From positions 63,612,001-63,676,000 of the forward strand of contig OX597824.1 in assembly GCA_951406725.2 (NCBI GenBank): DNA of 64,000 nt. The letters run 5' to 3'. How positions within the stretch are numbered: the stretch's first letter is position 1; every line of letters begins with the position of its first letter. Positions 40,655-54,434 of the stretch are shown one piece after another. The stretch comes from Octopus vulgaris. Lineage: Eukaryota. The notes below the pieces were generated by a model. The model did not search any database and was not told where the DNA came from. It was given only the letters and a program-made list of their open reading frames with translations. A program made the translations under genes and the position numbers.

Positions 40655-42391
40655 TAAAAAAATAAGCCATCTATTTTATATGGATGACTTAAAACTCTAT
40701 GGTAAAGACAATAATGAACTTGAAGGCCTATTGCGCACTGTGAAAGCATTCAGCGATGACGTCGGGATGGAGTTTGGGCTTGAGAAGTGTGCCAAGGCCA
40801 CTTTCCAGAAAGGGAAAGTGAAGACAACAAATTCAGTCGTGTTAGATGTTGACACAGTCATAAGAGAGCTTGAGCAAGAACAAACATACAAATATTTAGG
40901 GATAAATGAAGGTTCTGGTATTCAGCATGCAAGCATGAAAGAGATCAGGAAGGAATGTTATAGGAGAGTTCGTGCAGTCCTGAAATCTGAACTAAATGCA
41001 CGTAGCAAGGTGTTAACTATAAATTCCTTAGCAGTTCCAGTTGTTACTTATAGCTACAATGTGTTGAACTGGAATATGAGTGAAGTAAAGAATATAGACA
41101 GGAAAATACGCAAGTTGCTGAGTTGTAATAGGATGCACCACCCAAAGGCAGACGTAGATCGCCTTTACCTTCCCAGAGCCCAAGGAGGTCGAGGCCTGAT
41201 CCAATTTGAACTAGCTTACAAAACAACCACAATTGGACTGGCCAAATATCTTGAAATAACGAATGACTGGATGCTAAAGCTCGTGGAAAATCACGAGAGA
41301 CGAAAGAAGCTTCATTCTATCATAAAGGAAAGCAAAAAATTTGCTATTGATCTCGTGCAGGATACCCAAACTGAACAACCCGAGGGAAGTACGGCAACTA
41401 TTGTTGCAAAGAAGGTGAAAATAATGGCAACGAAAAAAGCGCACGAGCAATTGGCTGATATGTGGGAGGAGAAACCTCTGCACGGCAAATATGTGGCCCG
41501 TAGCAAACAAGCTGATGTTGACCAGAAGCAAACCCATCAGTATCTACGGAGCTCAGGGCTAAAAGCAGAGAGCGAAGGTTTCATCCTGGCTGCTCAAGAT
41601 CAAAGCCTATTAACCCGGAACTACCAGGCCAATGTAATGAAAAATGGAGCAGACCCAAAATGCCGATTCTGCAATGACATGATTGAAACAGTGGACCACC
41701 TAATCTCTGGATGTAAAGTCTTAGCACCAGTGGAGTATAAATTAAGACATGACAGAGTTGGCCAATATCTACACTGGCTAATAAGTCGGCATTACAATAT
41801 CAAAACTGCCGACAAGTGGTATAATCACCACCCTGAAGCTGTAACTGAAGGAGAAAATGTAACGATTCTGTGGGACTTTCCAGTACATACAGACCGAACC
41901 ATCAAAGCCAATAAACCAGATATTGTTGTGAAAGACCAAAACAATAAAGTTTGCTTATTGATCGACATGAGCATCCCCTGTGATCATAATATCTCGGCGA
42001 AAGAGTTTGACAAGCTCAGAAAATATAAAGTCCTGCTCATTGAAATTGAGAAAATGTGGCATCTCAAGGCGGTTACGATACCAGTGATCGTAGGAGCACT
42101 AGGAATGATCAAGAAGGGAACCGAAAATTATATGAGAATGATCCCTGGCTTACCATCCCTGCTAGAAGTGCAAAAGATTGTCTTAACTGGTACATCACAC
42201 GTATTGAGAAGAGCATTGTCGCTGTGAGAGCTGTTACTGCCCATGTATTTTAATTTAACCTTAAAAGAAAAAATGAACGAACTATTGAGTTTGGTTTAAT
42301 GGCCTACCAATGTATACTATGAGTTTCTTTGCCCTAGGAGTCGGGAAGACGCTCGGCAAGAAATGGAAGCAAATTTGAAAGAAGAAAAAAA

Positions 42392-42392
<1 letters not shown>
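40655..42392 (+). mobile_element. R4/Dong-like element, 5'-truncated, uninterrupted reading frame to 42227
   Basis: HLFYMDDLKLY (RT active site), HHPKADVDRLY, CRFCNDMIETVDHLISGC, RHD, KPDIVV..LLID; (AAT)n on both sides. Confidence 0.93.
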
Positions 42393-42456
<64 letters not shown>

Positions 42457-42706
42457 CCCATGGTTGCTATTACTACTACTTCTACTTTCAAATCTCCAAT
42501 ATCTGTTATAGAGATAATAATTTCTTTTAGAAGACTAATTAATATTATCAATGCAAAACTGTACTGTATGGCTTTATTATTTCTTTTATCTTATATAAAC
42601 AAGACTTTAGAAGATACTCCCGCTATCTAAAAATATGTATGTGATTTTATCAATATATCTATAGCTACATGGGTTTTACTTCACTTACACACGCACATAT
42701 ACATAC

Positions 42707-42798
<92 letters not shown>

Positions 42799-43118
42799 TT
42801 AAATATAAAATAGAAGCATCGCTAGTGTAATGAACTATCGACTACACATGTTTAACGTAAATGGTTCGCGTTTTTACTGGTAGGTTGCCCCCTGGCATGG
42901 CGTAGTATACTCGCTGAGTGTGCCGAGTGTTGAAACACGTAAAAATCGTGGACAGGCGAGAAAATATAATCCAAATCACATTCAGGCGCGATGGACACTG
43001 ATGTTTTTGCCATTTTTGAAACTTATCAACTCACGTACCCGAACATATCCTTATGTTATACCCATCTTAATCCATACATGTGTATGATTTTGTATATATA
43101 CCCATTTTAAGTATAAAT

Positions 43119-43362
43119 GTGGAGGTGGGTGGCTTAGTGGTTAGGGTATCAGATTCATGATCGTAGGATTGTAGTTTCGATTCCTGGACCGGGCGACGCG
43201 TTATGTTCTTGAGCAAAATACTTCATTTCACGTAGCTCCAGTCCACTCAGCTGGCAAAAATGAGTAACGCTGCGATGGACTAGGGTCTCGTCCAGCTAGG
43301 GAACACATACGCCCGGGAAACCGGGCCCATGAGCCTGGCTAGGCTTTAAAAGGGTGCATTTA
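43119..43362 (+). mobile_element. tRNA-derived SINE family C
   Basis: A/B boxes tggcttagtgg / gtttcgattcc; central gcgatggactagggtctcgtccag (resembles V-SINE-type domain); tail gggcccatgagcctggctagg. Confidence 0.8.
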
Positions 43363-43671
43363 TTACTTTTTTTTTATTTTTATGTAAGTATAAATATATG
43401 TGTGAGTATATCATGTATAATCAGTAATGCTATAAGATGCTCAAACAGTTTCAACTATGTATACGCAAATACGTACACAACTAAATGTGTGTGTACGCTT
43501 TTCTGTCATGTTTTGCTCTTCCTTACTTCATACCTACTTTGTATATTTTTTCCTGATTAGTAAACGATCATTAACGAGATATAAAGCTTATATACAGATA
43601 TAAAATGTTTATTATTTAATTTCCCTGTGTCAAGAATTTCTAATACGAAATTCCTCCTATGTCTATTTCAT

Positions 43672-43984
43672 TTTTTATGCTCCTTTTTCAACCCTAGCCA
43701 GGCTCATGGGCCCGGTTTCTCGGTTTCTGTGGCGTATGTGTACCTCCCAGCTGGACGGGACGCCAGTCTATCGCAGCATTACTCAAGAAACAGGAAGAGA
43801 GAGTGAGAGAAAGTTGGAGCGAAAGAGTACAACAGGAGTCGCCACCCCCGACCCCCGACGGTGCCTCATGGAGCTTTAGATGTTTTCGCTCAATAAGCAC
43901 ACACAACGCCCGGTCTGGGAATCGAAACCGCGATCCTCCGACTGCGAGCCCGCTGCCCTAAATACTGGGCCGTTGCGCCTCCAC
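43672..43984 (-). mobile_element. tRNA-derived SINE sharing the family-C tail but with a different middle
   Basis: cctagccaggctcatgggcccggtttc is the reverse complement of the 43320-43345 tail; tRNA-like head at ~43905-43984. Confidence 0.8.
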
Positions 43985-45029
43985 CCTACGTCTATTTATC
44001 ATGTAAAAATCTGTAATTCTTATTAATAAATGAAGCATTTGTAAAGGTGATTAGATAACACCAATAAATTTTCCAACTTCCAGTTTTCTTATTCAAGAAT
44101 TCTGCAGACAATATTTCCAGCATTTTCAACTTTAGTATATACTTTGCATCTACGATAATGACCACAACCACATATTGGATTTGATAGACTGATTTATGTT
44201 TTGTATGCCTGTCATACCAGCGACAGTGAGGCACCGGTGCTATGACAACGAGGATTAACGCCAAAATTCCACCTTTACTGACAATTTGTTATGAAGGAAG
44301 AATAAAATAAATTGTTTAATACAAAACCGCTCTGCAATGTTTTATTAATGCATTTATCTTGTATAATCAGTAAAGCTCTAAGATGCTCAGACAGTTTCAA
44401 ATATGTATACGCATATACGTATACAAATATACATGTGTGTGTGTCTTTTGTGTGTGTGTATGTGTGCGTATCTGTATGTGTTTATGTGTGTGTGTGTGTA
44501 TGTATATTGTTATGTCAGTACTTCGATTTATTTGTGTCTATATGTACCCCATGGTTTTGCGTTTATGTGTCATTTGTTTCCAAATTTTCCCAGATTAATT
44601 TTTGTTCACCAGTGCTTTGGGTTTTTTCTCTCTCCTTTCTTAATACTTTAATAAAATAACAGCTGTGGAAAGTTGATCAATGCCGACCTATTGTAACTCT
44701 GCTAGATATTCCTAAAGCGAAATAAATGAAATGATTGTCGAATGTTGTGTGTGGATGTATATAAAGATGCTTGTGTATGTGCATAGAAATAAAACATCTT
44801 TGATAATATACAGAATTGTGTGTTGGTAATAACAATAAGATTAGTCAGAAGAAATGAAGGAAATGTTCCGTAGGCTCTTTTTTTATTTACAAGAGCCGAA
44901 ATATTTCAAATTTTCCAATGTAATGAAACATTACGAAATAAAACAATGTAGAGTAAAGTAAAATAAAATAGAATTAAAAATTTTTCATCAGGCGCTTGAG
45001 AATGCTTACATATAACAATATACACCTAC

Positions 45030-45373
45030 AAGAGTAAAGATCCCCTTCGGTCGTGAATGACCATGAGATTGCACCTAGAAAGTTACACTCCGAGGCACAA
45101 GTCCGGACAAGGTGATTTATGGAAGACCAGCAGTCGTTCTTGCATACCATCATCCCCTCTTCATGCCACCGATATTATCTAAGGGAACGGCAAACACCGA
45201 TACAGCTTGGAACCAGTGACGTCAAAATTCATTTTTGCAGCTGAGTCAACTGGGGCAACGTAAAACAAAGGGTCTTGCTCTAGAACACAATTCACAGACC
45301 GGTCTCGGGAATCGAACTCACTCCGTCATGATTATGAGCCCGACTATCTAACCACTAAACAATGCACCTTCAC
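45030..45373 (-). mobile_element. tRNA-derived SINE with family-C-like head/core and a third tail
   Basis: Minus strand ttagtggttag...gagttcgattcccgagaccgg...ttgccccagttgactcagctgcaaaaatgaat matches the 43120-43265 layout; tail differs. Confidence 0.7.
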
Positions 45374-46829
45374 ACATATAACTACAAGTATACTTATAAC
45401 GAATTATATGTATGTGTAGCCACATCTAAATATATGAATTATATGTATGTGTAGCCACATCTAAATATATGCATAACCTGTAAAAGAAGCTGTTATAGCA
45501 CATGTATATATGTACGCACATATATATCCATGTATAAGTATTTACTTACGTTCTTGCATGCGTGCACACACACACGCACACATGCACACATATATATGCT
45601 TACACACATATATGTTTCACACATATACACGCATGCACATGCATAAACATATCGAAACATGTGCGTAAATATACATACATTCGTGAAACTATGCACACAT
45701 ACATCTATGCACGTATACATAAATACATATATGCACATATACATATACAGAAGCATATGCACACATGCACACACACACACATACGTGCACACACACACAC
45801 ACATATATATATATATACATTCATGCATATGTTCTCACGTACATCCATACATGCACATATACATTCGTGGACATATACATACGTATATGCAAGCGCACAT
45901 ACATACATGAGATGGATATGTCTCATCATGTATACACACACATTCAAACGTTTGTATACATAAGGCAGGGAGCCATATTTTTACAGACACATTAAAGAGA
46001 AATTATTATAATTGTACAATTATTTAATATTTATATAGTTTCATTGGATTTCACCCATATAGTAAAGAGTCACTGAACAATTCTCCAGTGTTACGCATTC
46101 ATAGTAAATATAATGCCATACTTTACTGTGGAGTATCACAACGTAATTACATATATATAAATATATGCCATCGGATATTTATTTATGCTTTGTTGCGAAT
46201 AATATCACCAGTATGATATCATATCAAATACTTTATAACATTTTTAAGGTGAAGGCAATAGATGATTGATAGAGTCAGCTGAGCGACAGATATATAAAGT
46301 GTTTGCGGTGTTCGGTTACATCCCATAACGTCATATTATTTTCTCAGTTCAAATACTTTCTCCGTCAGCTTACATTTCATACTTTTGGATTAAGTAAATA
46401 AGAGACAAGCTCTTGGGAATACATCACGCAACTCTACTCTCGTCATAATTCGATATATTTTGGCATGATTTAGAAACAAATAATCAATAAAGAAAATAAT
46501 GTGTTGTAGAAATGTTAGATATAAAATAGGGCCATATTTTACAGGAACTAGCTTTGAAAGAATGGTTCAAGCGTTCAAACATGCTTCATATTTTGCCCAG
46601 TGGTATATAACTCCGTGTAACGAATTACTTATTTTTTATCTTTTCTGTTTTTGTTTCGTTTTTGGTCAGTAATTGTTATTTCTTGTTTCCTTCTACCTAG
46701 AAATCAAAGGAAATGATTACTATTCTCTTCAAACTTTGATTTTGTGACGTGGACATCAATGTTCTCAAAATGACGTGTTTCCCATTACATTTGAGACAGA
46801 TTCAATACTGAGTTGCTGAAGCAAAACTA

Positions 46830-46998
46830 TCGTTATAGCAAATATTCTGCTCAGTACCACAGATGTGCTTGTCAGTTGCTTGACCTTAACTACTTAAGTA
46901 TGTACCTCAGTGGCTGATATGTGCATCTAATCATGAGTAGGAGTAGTGGGGGAGAATCATAGCTATGTGTTGAGAAGGATTCTTTGGAGTTTAAATAA
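46830..46998. repeat. Diverged inverted partial copy of the 27096-27649 repeat
   Basis: gcaaatattctgctcagtaccacagat...catagctatgtgttgagaaggat is the reverse complement of ~27380-27550. Confidence 0.8.
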
Positions 46999-48339
46999 AC
47001 ATAGCAAAAACAAAATTTAAAGGAAATATTAGCCATTTTTCATACTGTCTAGTGGTAAGCATATAGGAAATAATAATTGCCACCCAAGGACAAAAATCAA
47101 TCATGTTATATAGAATAATGAGTAGAAGTGTATAATTACATAATACATTATCTGATTTTACGTGGTTGGCTTTGGTGTTTAAACCTAGCTCAACCTTGAA
47201 ATGATCAGACTTATGATCAAAAGCGTTCCATTACTGACAAGCCTGTTATTTGATTTAGTCAGCAAATATTCAAAGTGTCGATATCTAACGATCCTCTTTT
47301 CCTGTTATTTCTAGAAGTGTTAGGATGAATTAACACTACGATAAGTGCTAATTAAAACGAAATGCGTGTTAATTAATAGTGTGATTAGCATTGTTAAGTA
47401 GCATTGTAAGATATGTTAATTAATAGTCTGATATATTAACAGTGGGTTTTATGTTAATTAATAGTGTATAATAATTGTGTGATGTATGATAATTAACATC
47501 ATGATGTATTTTCATTAACAATAGATATTTAGCGTTTACAAGCAAGATGTATATTAATTAACAAAAAGTAAGTAAATTATCAATGTAATTTGTGCTTACC
47601 TGCACCCTGATGTACGATATTAAGTATAACATATACCAATTCATAGTGTGATGTACTGAAATAAACAATTGTATGCTAGCACTATGATGCATACTATCAG
47701 TGTGACGTATGCTAATTATATTATCTTTCAAGGAAAGAGCAGTGCCTATGGCCCGTTACAACAGAGTGCATTCTCAGCGTGATGTTTAACTCAGAGATTG
47801 AATCTCAGTTTCTTGAAATTATCTCCCATTGTTGTTGACAGCTACAAAAATTAACCGTCTGGCTATTGTTTACCGTCTCCAACTAAGAAGAAATCTGCCA
47901 CTTATTAAGAATTTTTACCTTTTATTTATTCATTATTGTGTTATTTAAATTTTTTGCCTTCCACAAATTTATGAGTTTGGCTCGTTTGAGTTGTTTCTTT
48001 CAGTTCATCATATATTTTTTAATTATTCACGGAACTGTGTAAGAAAAGCCAAATTAGTCAGACTAAAAAGGAAATATACTAAACATACAAATTCTTCGAA
48101 ACACAAAAGACATTTCAAGAAAAGCGAAATGTATGAACGCAAAACAATTTATTCAAGATATCCTTGGCTATACCCAGTCATCTGTAATAAATACATTCAA
48201 ATATTGACAATATTTGTAGAAAGAATTCGTTTTTATTCTCCTTATTTAAAGTATTCTCCAGTAGATTATGATACGTGATACATCCGGTAAAGCGAAAATA
48301 TATACTGTAGCCTCGTTTCTATATTTATCCCTTCTCACA

Positions 48340-48770
48340 TCTTCTTCGCCTACCTAATCCTCGAAAAATCGTTGGGCTAGCGTCTTGAAGCACGCATTCC
48401 ATCGCATCCTGTCACGAGCAACCGTCTGCAATTGATATGGCTGGATTTCCATAACGAGACCAACCATACTCATGACTGTTATCCAACAATCCTGCTTGTT
48501 GTCGACATCTAGGCCTCTTGCCGGTTGGTTTTTGTCCTTAAAACCTGTCCAGTCATTCTTTCCCGGGACATTGTTACCAGATTTTCTTAGTGTCGGAATT
48601 GTGATCTCTCAATTCGGAGAAGTAGCGACTCTACCTGGAGTGCCTCTCTGATCTCCAAGCTACGCACTCTATCGAGTAATGTTACTCCACAGACACTTCG
48701 GTGGAGCCCCATCTTGACCGTGGCATTCGTGATCTTATTCTCTTGGTCATTAAGTAAGATTCATAACCAT
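48340..48770 (-). mobile_element. RTE-like LINE 3' fragment
   Basis: Minus translation gives TLLDRVRSLEIREALQVESLLLRIERSQ...KPTGKRPR...VARDRMRW, typical of the RTE ORF C-terminus. Confidence 0.75.
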
Positions 48771-48791
48771 AGGATAAATTATTATTACTGA

Positions 48792-48822
48792 CTAGAGTGT
48801 TACCCGTAAAATAACGGGTAAC
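48792..48822 (-). mobile_element. Helitron-like 3' terminus
   Basis: Minus strand: hairpin gttacccgt-tatttt-acgggtaac, then act-CTAG followed by host T. Confidence 0.6.
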
Positions 48823-49744
48823 TTGGAAGTATATTTTCTCCTCTATGAGTGATATGATGTATTATGGAATCATACAATAATTATAAATGAATCTTTATTA
48901 CATATGCTAGCGCTTATTCAAAATAATGAAATGAATATTTATTTTCAAAAGGAAAATAAAAATTACCCAAATTTCTCATTTGTATACTTGCAATAAATAT
49001 GTTATTTTAAATTTTAACAACATAATCGCGTTCTATTACATCGAAAGCCTGTTTCTACTTTCAGTATAAAAAAAGATGTGTAGCTTTACAGAAAAATCAT
49101 TGGATACTCATTCTGTACTCTTAATATTAACTATCTTTGTATGTCTCTTTTCGTCACTCCATATATGTTGTAAAGCGTGACTGAAGAAACCAGTTAACAA
49201 CTAACATTTATATCAGTTATCATGAAATGGAGATTAAATAAAAGAACGTTGACGAAATCTCAGGTCTAAATACATTACGACCAAGTTTCATCTCTTCAGG
49301 CAATCGAATTCACATTCTCCATGATTGCTCATAGATATCAATAAAAATAAACACCGACAGCTACTGGATGCGAGTTAAATACAGTTCTCCTAAGAGATTT
49401 GTGACTTTGAGCCAATAGCAAAAGACATTTAATTTTCATCATCATCACTATCTTCATCTCACCATAATAATCATCATCATCATCGTCAACATTATGACAT
49501 TTTTATGTCTTTGTTTGTCATAATTCCTCAGATCATGAGTAGTAATCAACTGCCAGGATCAATTTAATCAAAGACAAGGAACACACATAATTTCAGGCCT
49601 TGTGACACTATTTAACTTGGAGGCGTTCTGTTTAGTTGTTTCACCATCTAATTTTGTTGATATCTTACTGAAATGGAGTTGCCTTTCAACTATAAACTTA
49701 AACAACCTTCGTTGTACCCAATTTTAGTACATCAAAATATGAAG

Positions 49745-50184
49745 CTAGAAGTATAACGGTTTGCAAAAATCGTTACGGAGTTGGACAAAATGCCGCGCAG
49801 TATTTCTTTCGATCTTTATTTCATGGTTTAGAATAATGCCAATCTCAACTTTGCCTTTAACCCTTTCAGGGTCAATAAACTAAGCTACAATTGAAGTACT
49901 GAGGTTAATCATATATACTCCTCCTTCTCTCAAAATTGTTCACCTTGTGTCTATACTAGAAACATTTTTATTAAGGCAGTGAGCCTACAAATCGTTAGAG
50001 TTTCAGAAATATTTTTGCGGTGCGAATTCGGAATATTTACATTCAAACTTGAAATTCCGTTGAGATCAACATTGCCTTTCATCCCTCCAGAGTCAATAAA
50101 ATATAATCTCAATCTAAAACTGGGATCGACGCAATCGTCTATCCATCCCCACGTCAAAATTTCTGGCCGTGTGCCTAATTCAGA
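49745..50184 (+). mobile_element. Two tandem, diverged SINE family B copies
   Basis: Cores actttgcctttaaccctttcagggtcaataaa (~49850) and acattgcctttcatccctccagagtcaataaa (~50070). Confidence 0.7.
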
Positions 50185-50740
50185 AATCATTATGATGAGT
50201 GTGATTATTAATGTTGTTGCAGTTCTTCTTAAGAAGTGGTGGTCGTGGTCGTAGTCGTGGTCGTCGTCGTCGTGAAGGTGGTTCTTTCTCGGTATTGGCT
50301 CATTGGTAACAAAGAAGGCAATGTTGAGTGAAATAATGTATTTCCTTACTGGCAGGCTTATGGCTGGAGGGTAGAGGTATATCTCTGTACTATTCACATT
50401 ATTTACATGGCCTTTACTAAGGAATGTAAATGATAAACAGCCGGTCAGTAAACTGCAGGAGTGACAGAGTAGAATGTTTGCATCACCTCATCTCGTTATC
50501 ACTGCCAATGTATATATAATAACAGTGTAGTTGCTGTTTTCGACTGTATTTGGAACTTGGTCACCAACAACACAATCTGTACTACTAACAAACCTCAACA
50601 ATTCTAACATGATATAGTTTCCAATATGATAAAATAAAGCTAATAAATCTAAGGCCTGAAATTTGAGTAATGCCATTATGCCAAGAACTTGATTGGTACT
50701 ATATTCAATTGACCTCGGATAGGACTCGGCGAAATTTGCC

Positions 50741-50797
<57 letters not shown>

Positions 50798-50799
<2 letters not shown>

Positions 50800-51005
50800 G
50801 TTTCAAATTTTGGCACAAAGCCAGAGGTTTCTAAGGGGAAGGGAAGTCGACTATATCACCTGCAGTGGTCAACTGGTACTTATTTTGTTGCCCTTGAAGG
50901 GTGCAAAGTCAGCCTCGAGGGAATTCGAACTCAAAACGTAACGACGATGAAATACCGCTAGGTATTTTGTCCGGCGTATTAACAAATCTGCCAGCTCGTG
51001 GCCTT
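50798..51005 (-). mobile_element. SINE family B
   Basis: ggtttcaaattttggcaca...actggtacttatttt...tctgccagctcg; (AAT)n at the tail side. Confidence 0.8.
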
Positions 51006-53190
51006 AATAATGATGATAACAATAATTCCGTCTAATATAGTCGTATGGCCTGAAAGTTGGGAAAGAGAGATATAGACATCCAGCTCTGACTATCTCATCT
51101 TTCCTAATTATTTCCTGATCATTCCGTTTTTTTCTTTGAGGTACGTTATGTTTTCTATGAGATTTTGTTGCTATTCATAGAAGCAGGGCGATTACACAGG
51201 TACTCTATAACGCTTCTATAACGTTTCATGTTGTCCTTGATAGAAACGTGGAGAAGACTATACATCAGGCAAAAATCCTGGTATTGTTTGCAACACTGTT
51301 TTTAAAGAGGTTGTAAAATTGATAAAATACATGGAAACATGAACACCGACATAAAACCTTAGATAGAAAATCGTCAGTTGAGAGCATGATAGTATTTAGC
51401 AGGTCGAAATGATATCGCAAGACCGACGTAGTAGATAAGAAAACAGGATTCTAAGAGACAAAAATGCTGAATACACGATGAAAGCTAAAGAACATTTATA
51501 AGAAAAACTACTGAGGTTATAAGAAATAATAGTCTACTGATTGAAGATGAGGTTTCATAATTCCCAAAATGTTAATTAATGAATGAAATGAGCAAAGTTT
51601 CTAAATATACTTCCATACATTTGCGATGAAAGATAAGTCAATTTTGGCCTCGCATTTCAGTATTTTGTACGTCTTCACTAAAGACCATTCTGCTGACAGC
51701 ATTCGTGCTAGGTCTCAGTGTGAAGCTGTCAGCTATCTTTTAGGTCAACAGCCGTGGGAGGACTTAAATTTGCCGCCGGTTTGAACCTGATTCCTCTGAC
51801 TAACACCATAAAATATCGTGGTTATTGCCTTTACTCCAGTGACTAACCCAGTAAAAAAATAAAGCAATAGGCATTATTGTTACACCTCAAACTAATCCAT
51901 TCATATAGTCATGTATTACCAATACATTTACTGTCCTTATTGCTGACAAAACTTATTAAAAACGATTTGCTTCTATTATTCTGACTACTCCTAAGGTTTA
52001 ACACGTTACGAATAGTGACTAACCTGTTAAAAGATGAAAATGTGATTATATTTCGTAAATCCTTGTTGTTCACTAACAAATTTATTACGTTTTAAAACAA
52101 AGAGGAAAATTATTTCTTTCTATTTTGATGATGTCGATACAACACGTACTTGCCATCTCTGCTACATTGAAGTGAAAGAAATGTTTGGCAATAGTTTTGC
52201 TCAATGAATTAGCAACAGTATCGTTATGATATAAACTGTGGAAAGACATACGAGGCGTCCTACTATATTGGCGCGTGTGAAGTGAAATTAACACCAAGAA
52301 CACCAAGAACACTATACAGAGCAGTGTTTACTTCGGTCCCGGGATAATAGGTTGTACTGGGAAAATACAGCTTTGCGCAAGATATCAAAGAAAGAACAAC
52401 TTATTTTTGTGAGGTACAATCGCTTATGTCAATTCCCAATTCTTCAGTGATTTTACTATTTACTTCACTATTTTATGGAAAGTTGGATGAAGGAGAAGAT
52501 TGAGCTCAATATATAAAAGGACTAACCTACATATGCGGAGAAGCATTTCGTTTGCCACGTTAAAGATATTAAAGAAGCATTGGTGTTATTTACAATCTTA
52601 AGTTAAGATAAAGAAGTCTTCAATATGAGAAGAATGTAAACCGGCGGTTTTTACACAATTACAGGAGAAGAATAAATAATAATGAAGCTGAAGAATTTTG
52701 TACGCTAATCTGAAACATTCGAAGTTAATGAACCAAATTTGTGAATCAGGAAGATGGCATCATCTGAATCATTTGCAATGACGTTGGGTTATATTTAAAG
52801 CTATCTGCACAGTATTCGACTGGAATACTTAACCCTACTTCCTCCTACTGAATAGAGAATTAACTTAAATAGTGATAGGTTAAAAATGGCTTTAATAATG
52901 TTCTAAGTGATTACACAAGATTAGTGGTGACTATAGAATGATGATCTAATCGTTTTATAGAATTGAGTGGCGAGATCACCGCTTCTGATTACAGACTTTG
53001 TCGAAGTTCAGTTTTCGCCTTTTAACTGCCTGACTTCGATGCTAATTTACAACCAGAAATAAACAGGAAATTATCGATCTACTTCAAACTCGCTTTCTCT
53101 AATGAAACGAAGTCACTGTTTTATGGTCATTACTTATACAATACAAAATTGTGTTCTTACGTGCTGATTTTTACAGATGCGTCATATATA

Positions 53191-54434
53191 TTGTGCCATC
53201 CCATAAATAATGCAGGTTTTTTAATACTTCTTTTATTTTTAAAAATTAAGATAGACAAAGTTCTTTTTTAATCTAAAATATACACTCCTTCATTTTCTAT
53301 AATGTTCTTCCACCAGCTAGGTAGCCTTGCAAGACCTCTATTCCCTATTTCGTCCGTGACGAAAAATGCTCCTCCGGTACTGTTCTGACCTAGTCTACAG
53401 AATTCAGATTTTTTCCGTCCAGTGATTTTGAAGATTGCGGAATAAATGATGATCATATGCGGTAATGTCCAGCGAATATGGTGGGTGGGGCATCATTTCC
53501 CATTGAAACTGCTCAAGACTTTGGAATATCATCCTCACTGTATGTGGCCGAGCATTATCCTGATGGAAGAACACCTTTAGTCTACAAAACAAAGAAGGTT
53601 ATTTTCCTAATAGCGCTGACTTAAGCCGCTCAAGCTGCTCACGATAGATCTCCTTTGGGTTTAAAAGTTCAAAGAGGACCAAACCTTTCATATCCCACCA
53701 AAAAAATAACAACACCTTACATGGGTGAAGACCTTCTTTAGCCTGGAGCGCCGGTGTTTCTCTTTTCCCTTCGCACTCTCTTCAGCATTTGACAGTTTCA
53801 TAGAGAACCCATTTCTCGCCAACAGTCACTATTCAATCCAAAAACGGTTCATTCGTGAGAGGTGACAGCAAAGAAAAGCACACATGTGAGGTACCCATTG
53901 ACCTAATTTACACACTTTTCCGATTGCACGCAGGTGTCGATAAATGGTTAAACGACTAAATCCAAGCTTTTCTGCTAGTTCTACAACAGTTACGATGGGA
54001 TTTTGTTCCATCAGATTTTGCAGGACATCCTCGTCGAGCTCTGCAGATCTTCCAGGATGAGGCCCGCCTTCTAGGCTATAGTTTCCGGCTCAGAATTACA
54101 GGAACTACCGTTGACACTGGCTTACGCTTATTGTCCGATCCCCATGTACTGCCTTAATATTCCTCGCACTTTTCGTTGCGTTGTTGCCTTTATTGAACTC
54201 ACAAAAGAAAATATGCCGAATATTCTCCTTTGTCATTTTCATTGTAGCTTTGAAAAAATAGCAAGTAAAATCGAACTGCACTCTTCAAAATTCGCTCTAT
54301 ATACTTAGGACAAGAGAAAATTACTACCTGCTTTTATAGCAAGTTGATGCAAGTAATTTATCCCGCCCTCACCCCCACCCCGACTTTTTACTTTATGCAA
54401 TTGAAAAACACGCATTATTTATAGGATGACCCAA
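53191..54434 (-). mobile_element. mariner-like transposon, full length (~1.24 kb), inactive
   Basis: TIRs ttgtgccatcccataaataatgc / gcattatttataggatgacccaa; motifs KLGQWVPH, HQDNARPH, PHPPYSLD across several frames. Confidence 0.92.

Noticed and set aside
45401-45470. 35-bp tandem duplication
   Set aside because: Ordinary slippage duplication with no further structure.
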